Shown piece by piece: positions 53,042 to 57,157 of a DNA stretch of 57,157 nt. This DNA is from an uncultured Gemmatimonadota bacterium (GTDB lineage Bacteria; Gemmatimonadota; Gemmatimonadetes; Palauibacterales; Palauibacteraceae). Numbering within the stretch: position 1 is the stretch's first letter; each line of letters opens with the position of its first letter. The notes beneath the pieces were generated by a model. That model had not been told where the DNA came from, did not search any database, and saw only the letters and a list, made by a program, of their open reading frames with translations. A program made the translations under genes and the position numbers. Location of the stretch: assembly GCA_964546375.1 (NCBI GenBank), contig CAZJJO010000002.1, positions 1 to 57,157 on the forward strand, read 5' to 3'.

Positions 53042-54589
53042 TCACCAGCGGCGCAGGGCCTCCGCCGCCCGCTCGGCCGCCGCCCGGCGGAGCGCCGGGC
53101 GGACCAGGCCGAAGAAGAGGCCGCGGAAGCCGCCCGGCCGCATCTCCTCCAGGACGCGGTCCACCTCGGCCTCCAGGTGCCGCTCCAGCCGGTCGCGGGC
53201 CGCGGCCCCCAGCTCGTCGGCCCCTCCGTCGGCCCGGTACGCGTCCTCGGGGTCGGGGCGGTAGTCCACCGCGTCGGCCAGCGCCCCCTCCAGGAGGTCG
53301 CGGGCGTCCCGGCGTCCCGCGGCGAAGTCGGAGGCCCGCCAGGAGGGCTCCAGGAGGCCGCCGAAGCCGGCCAGCCGCTCGCCGGCCAGCGGGCGGTCCG
53401 GGGAGACCAGGTGGACCGGGTGCCCGGGACGGTCCCGCAGGCCGGCGGCGGCCTCCAGCACCAGGACCAGCTTCGCCAGCCTCGTCCGTCCGGCGCGGGT
53501 GCCGACCCGGCGGAAGGCGTCGGCGTAGCCGGGCCGGTCCTGGAGCCGCTCGAGGCTGCGGTCCAGGTGGTCGAGGGCGGGGTCGCCGGCCGCGTCCTCC
53601 TCGTAGGCGATCTCCCACTCGGCCACCCGCTCCGCGAGCTCGCCGATCCGGCGTCCGAGGCCCACGGCGTCGGCGTCCTCCAGCCGGCCGTGGATCTCCG
53701 GCAGACGCTGGACCAGCGTCTCCATCAGCCGGATCCGCTCTTCCTCCTCGGCCGCCTCCAGCAGGTCCAGCTCGGCGCCCCGCCCCAGGGCCGCCCGAAC
53801 GGTGAGGCGGGCGGCGTCGCCGACGCCCAGGGGCACCTCCGAGCGGGCCCCCTCGCGTCCGAGGCGGGGCTCCACCACGACGTAGCGCCAGTCGCCGCCG
53901 GCGTGGTCGTCGAAGCCGGCCGCCAGCTCCCGGGCCAGCGACAGGGGGCGCTCGGCCGCGAGGCCGTCGCCCGTCCAGTGGCGGTCCGAGGCTTCGCCCT
54001 CGCCCGGACGGGCCGTCTCCCGCGCGAGCCGCCGCAGGGGGAAGACCACCGGCACCGAGGCGGCGGCCAGGGCCGTGTCCCGGATCCGCGACCAGACCGG
54101 ATGGCCGGCTCCCCGGCCCTCGTCCAGCCGGAAGCGGGCCGTGGAGGCGTGGCGGTCCGGGCCGGACCCCGATCCGGTGCCGGCGAGGTCGGTGAGGCAG
54201 AGGCCCAGCGCCAGGGACCGACCCAGCGCCGCCGCCGGGCGGTCGTCGGCGGCGGAGGGACCGTCGACGAGCTCGCCGACCATCTCCTCCATCGGCCGGG
54301 CGTCCAGCAGCCCGCTCCGGTCGGGACGGCGGGGCTCGAGCAGGTGCTCCGCCCGAAACCCCTCGACCCAGAAGCGGTCGGCCCAGGGCACGACCTCCGG
54401 GTTCACCGCCAGGGAGCGGGCCGCCGTCGCCGCCGCCAGCGCTCCCGCCGAAGCGCCGGTCACGACCCGGACCTCCACGGGGCCGTCGCGCCGGTTGCGC
54501 TGCAGCGCTCGCAGGATCTCGCTGACGGCTCCGCCGCTGTAGGCCCCCAGGGAGCCGCTGCCTCCCAGGACCAGGGCGAGTCGCGTCAT
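53042..54589 (-). CDS. Patatin-like phospholipase family protein with helical C-terminal region
   Basis: ORF 53042..54589. Oxyanion-hole-like LVLGGSGSLGAYSGG, nucleophile elbow GASAGA (GxSxG), and a candidate catalytic Asp in TGDGL. Confidence 0.82.
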   Translation of the reverse strand: MTRLALVLGGSGSLGAYSGGAVSEILRALQRNRRDGPVEVRVVTGASAGALAAATAARSLAVNPEVVPWADRFWVEGFRAEHLLEPRRPDRSGLLDARPMEEMVGELVDGPSAADDRPAAALGRSLALGLCLTDLAGTGSGSGPDRHASTARFRLDEGRGAGHPVWSRIRDTALAAASVPVVFPLRRLARETARPGEGEASDRHWTGDGLAAERPLSLARELAAGFDDHAGGDWRYVVVEPRLGREGARSEVPLGVGDAARLTVRAALGRGAELDLLEAAEEEERIRLMETLVQRLPEIHGRLEDADAVGLGRRIGELAERVAEWEIAYEEDAAGDPALDHLDRSLERLQDRPGYADAFRRVGTRAGRTRLAKLVLVLEAAAGLRDRPGHPVHLVSPDRPLAGERLAGFGGLLEPSWRASDFAAGRRDARDLLEGALADAVDYRPDPEDAYRADGGADELGAAARDRLERHLEAEVDRVLEEMRPGGFRGLFFGLVRPALRRAAAERAAEALRRW

Positions 54590-55758
54590 GGATCTCCTCG
54601 GGTCGGACGTCTCGGGCGGGGCGTCGGGCGCGGGATCGGAACGGCCGGCAAGTTGGCCGCGGGCCCCAGGGTGGGCAAGACCGATGCCGGGGCAGCGACG
54701 CCGTCGCCCGCCCCGCCGACGGCCGGTCCGGCGGGGACGGGGGGCTCCAGCTCCAGCAGGCTCCGGGCGTCGAGCGGCTCGCCGTGGACCCAGGCCGCCC
54801 AGTGCAGGTGGGGGCCGGTGACGCGGCCCGTGTCGCCCACCCGGCCGACGAGCTCGCCGGCCCGGAGGGTGTCGCCCTCGCGCACGGTGATGTCGGACAG
54901 GTGGAAGTAGCCGGTGTAGAGGCCCAGGCCGTGGTCCAGGTAGACGGCGTTGCCGGCGTAGTAGAGCTCCCGGGCCAGGGCCACCCGGCCGCGGGCGGGG
55001 GCCCGGACCGGCGCCCCGGTCCCGCCGGCCAGGTCGACCCCGGTGTGCCGGCTCCGCAGCTCGTCGTTGAAGACCCGCCGCTGGCCGAAGGGGCTGGTCA
55101 CGCGGGTCCCCCGGGGGCGCTCGAAGGGTCCGCGCGGGAGCCAGTCGTCGGTCGTCCGCGCCAGGACGGCCGTCACCAGCTTCCGCTCCTCCCGGATCCG
55201 GACCAGCGCCTCGGTCGAGGGCGAGCTGAACCGCGGATCCACGCTGAGCCGGGTGGCGGGGAAGGTGCGTTCGGCGATCCGGAGCTCGGTCCGCCGAACC
55301 ACCATCGAGTCGGGGGCGAGCCGGAACCGCAGCTCCAGGGAGGCCCGGCCCGCGGAGCCGATGGGGGCCGAGGCGACGCCGAACCAGCGGTCCCCGAGCC
55401 GGGCGAAGCGCACGGGCCGCCCGTCCAGCTCCCCCTCCACCGCCGTCGGACGGCGGCCGGCCTCCGGCTGGCGGAGGTGGACGGCCACCACGTCGCCCTC
55501 GCGGGGCTCGGAGGGACGCCAGGAGAGGGCCGGCGGCAGCCAGGGCCGCGGCGGATCGGGAGGCCCGACGGGCCGGAGCGCGGGCCGATCCACCCCGGCC
55601 TCTTCGGCCGTGTCCGGGATCGGCGCGGGCGGATCGACCGCCACGGGGTCCGGCCGCCCCGCCCCGGCGCAGCCCGCGAGCAGGAGCAGGAGGACGCCGG
55701 CGAGGGCGGTCCGTCCGGCGGTCGCGGAGGGCCTCGGTGCGGGCGGCGGTGGGGTCAC
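54586..55758 (-). CDS. M23 family metallopeptidase lipoprotein
   Basis: ORF 54586..55758. Lipobox LLLAGC, HTGVDLAG (HxxxD) and GDTGRVTGPHLHWAAW (HxH). The stop overlaps the patatin ATG (ATGA). Confidence 0.9.
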   Translation of the reverse strand: MTPPPPAPRPSATAGRTALAGVLLLLLAGCAGAGRPDPVAVDPPAPIPDTAEEAGVDRPALRPVGPPDPPRPWLPPALSWRPSEPREGDVVAVHLRQPEAGRRPTAVEGELDGRPVRFARLGDRWFGVASAPIGSAGRASLELRFRLAPDSMVVRRTELRIAERTFPATRLSVDPRFSSPSTEALVRIREERKLVTAVLARTTDDWLPRGPFERPRGTRVTSPFGQRRVFNDELRSRHTGVDLAGGTGAPVRAPARGRVALARELYYAGNAVYLDHGLGLYTGYFHLSDITVREGDTLRAGELVGRVGDTGRVTGPHLHWAAWVHGEPLDARSLLELEPPVPAGPAVGGAGDGVAAPASVLPTLGPAANLPAVPIPRPTPRPRRPTRGDP

Positions 55759-55768
55759 GGGGATCCCG

Positions 55769-57157
55769 CTACAGGCCGAGCTTCCGGGCCAGCCGGAACC
55801 AGAGGTCGAGGAGGCCCCGAACGCGGGGGGTGAGCCGGGACCGCTGCCACCCGTCCGCGGCGCGGCGGATCCCCTCGGAGAGGGTCGGATAGGGGTGGAC
55901 CAGGTCGGAGAGGTCGCCCAGCGTCGCCCCCTCCCGCATCGCCAGGGCCACCTCGGCGACCATCGTCCCCGCCCGGGGGGCCAGCAGGTGGCCGGCCAGG
56001 AGGCGCCCCTTCCGGTCGGCGATCAGCTTCACCAGCCCGTGGCCGCTCCGGTCGGCGAGGGCGCGGTCCAGGTCGGCCAGGTCGCAGCGGAAGACCGAGA
56101 CCCCGTCGCCGTGTCGCTCCCGGGCGTCGGCCTCGGTCGGCCCCACCCGTGCCAGCTCCGGCTCGGTGTAGACGGCGCGGGGGATGACCGAGTAGTCGAT
56201 CTTCCGGTCGAAGGGGAAGAGCGCGTTGCGGATCACCGTCCGGGCCTCGTGGTCGGCCACGTGGGTGAAGCGCAGGCCCCCGGTGACGTCGCCGGCCGCG
56301 AACACGCGCCGCCGGGAGGTCCGGAGGCGGCGGTCGACCAGGACCCCCTCCGGGCCGACCTCCACGCCGGCCTCCTCCAGCCCCAGCCCCTCGACGTTGG
56401 GCTCCCGGCCCGTGGCGACGAGGAGCTCCTCGCCGCGGACCGCGGACCCCGCCGCGGCCTCCGCTTCCGCCGACCCCTCTTCAAATCGATTTGAAGAGGG
56501 CGTGCCGGCGGTGCCGGCCGCGGGCGGGCGCTCCGCCCCGTCCCCGGGCTCCAGGCGAACCACCCGCTCCTCGCCCCGCCGCTCCACCCGGGAGGCCCGG
56601 GCGCCGGTGAGCACCCGGACCCCCTCGTCTTCGAGGCGCTCCCGGAGGCGCTCCGTCAGCTCGGGGTCCTCGCCGGGGAGGAGCCGGTCCTCCCGCTCCA
56701 CCAGCGTCGTCTCGACGCCCAGGCGGGCGTAGGCCTGGGCGAACTCCACGCCGACCGCGCCGGCGCCGAGGATCACCGCCGAGCCGGGCAGCTCCCCGCG
56801 GTCGAAGGCGTCCTCGTGGGTGACGTGGCCGGCCTCCTCCAGGCCCTCCACCGGCGGGACCGCCGGCCGGCTCCCGGTGGCGACGAGGACGTTGCGGGCG
56901 GCGAGGGTCCGCTCGCCGGTCCGGACCGCCGGATCCGGCAGCAGGCGCGCTTCCTCCCCCTCGTACACGTCGACGCCCATCTCCCGGAAGCGGTCGGGGT
57001 CGTCGTGGGGCTGGATGCGGGTCCGAACCTCCCGGACGCTCTCCAGCACCCGTCCCCCGTCCACCTCCGGGTCGCGGGGCCGGAGGCCGAACGCCCCGGC
57101 GTCGCGGAAGGCCCGCGCCCGCCGGGCCGACCCGATCAGCGCCTTGCTGGGGACGCA
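55769..57157 (-). CDS. Class-I pyridine nucleotide-disulfide oxidoreductase (dihydrolipoyl dehydrogenase / mercuric-reductase-like); N-terminus outside the window
   Basis: ORF 55769..57064 continues in frame to the window edge, where the first codons read CVPSKALIG (second Cys of the redox CxxxxC). Further motifs are ILGAGAVGVEFA, ATGREPN, FAAGDV and a C-terminal HPYPTLSE dimerisation motif. Confidence 0.88.
   Translation of the reverse strand, partial: CVPSKALIGSARRARAFRDAGAFGLRPRDPEVDGGRVLESVREVRTRIQPHDDPDRFREMGVDVYEGEEARLLPDPAVRTGERTLAARNVLVATGSRPAVPPVEGLEEAGHVTHEDAFDRGELPGSAVILGAGAVGVEFAQAYARLGVETTLVEREDRLLPGEDPELTERLRERLEDEGVRVLTGARASRVERRGEERVVRLEPGDGAERPPAAGTAGTPSSNRFEEGSAEAEAAAGSAVRGEELLVATGREPNVEGLGLEEAGVEVGPEGVLVDRRLRTSRRRVFAAGDVTGGLRFTHVADHEARTVIRNALFPFDRKIDYSVIPRAVYTEPELARVGPTEADARERHGDGVSVFRCDLADLDRALADRSGHGLVKLIADRKGRLLAGHLLAPRAGTMVAEVALAMREGATLGDLSDLVHPYPTLSEGIRRAADGWQRSRLTPRVRGLLDLWFRLARKLGL

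Noticed and set aside
48735-53264. Very long ORFs (for example 48735..53264 +, 1509 aa; 48601..52443 -, 1280 aa; 19966..23883 +, 1305 aa; 37365..40979 -, 1204 aa; 37571..41053 +, 1160 aa) that could be read as giant proteins.
   Set aside because: Their translations are monotonous Arg/Pro/Gly/Ala strings with no motifs. They lie antisense to or out of frame with genes that have unmistakable family signatures. They are the stop-codon-poor shadow ORFs expected at this GC content.
1-57157. Additional parS-like sites at other CACGTG occurrences (for example around 7545, 14447 and 52028), and any tRNA, rRNA, tmRNA, RNase P RNA, transposase, integrase or prophage genes.
   Set aside because: The other CACGTG sites lack the flanking TTT/AAA arms. 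I found no tRNA T-arm-like GGTTCGAATCC-type sequences, no rRNA-like regions and no mobile-element proteins in any credible ORF. This was a by-eye scan, so tRNAscan-SE or Infernal should confirm it.

Overview
57.2-kb, very GC-rich (about 70% or more by eye, not computed) chromosomal segment from a diderm bacterium (TolQ/ExbB, OmpA-type lipoprotein, OM beta-barrel, long-periplasmic-domain YidC). I cannot assign a phylum. The window is the replication-origin and partition neighbourhood. dnaN and dnaA lie on the minus strand. rnpA-yidD-yidC diverge from them on the plus strand. About 5 kb further on come two parS sites and a compact parA-parB-M23 peptidase-bactofilin cluster. The left flank holds a complete Dpp/Opp-type ABC importer with two tandem binding proteins. 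It also holds a glycine-cleavage operon (gcvH-gcvPA-[MBL hydrolase]-gcvPB-lipoate ligase), corA, dapF, mutY, an MFS/MBL/NUDIX/Yip1 block, an orphan receiver domain, an ADP-forming acyl-CoA synthetase and queD. The right flank holds a Ca/Na antiporter, an AbrB/PIN-like pair and a 2-oxoacid dehydrogenase E1a-E1b-E2 operon extended by DUF1802- and DUF1015-like genes. It continues with ygfZ/csaA, OmpA-like and beta-barrel OM proteins, two SDRs, a fused homocysteine-methyltransferase/MTHFR and a domain-permuted aconitase-family enzyme. The window ends with a flavoprotein disulfide reductase-M23 lipoprotein-patatin string. I saw no rRNA, tRNA, CRISPR array, transposase or integrase. I did not find a convincing new multi-gene (defence-type) system. 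The signals most worth follow-up are non-coding or architectural. They are an oriC-like DnaA-box field between dnaA and dnaN, overlapped by a small ORF with coding-like codon periodicity. A second tight cluster of better DnaA boxes sits at the 3' end of the bactofilin gene. A 520-bp repeat- and hairpin-rich island follows yidC and includes a 2 x 93-nt tandem structured unit. There is also an Fpg/Nei homologue lacking the catalytic N-terminal proline, a PIN-like protein with a degenerate acidic tetrad, an M23-patatin translational coupling, and an AT-rich 26-bp perfect palindrome inside a reductase gene. Many long Arg/Pro/Gly-rich ORFs in the supplied track are high-GC shadow ORFs and were not called.
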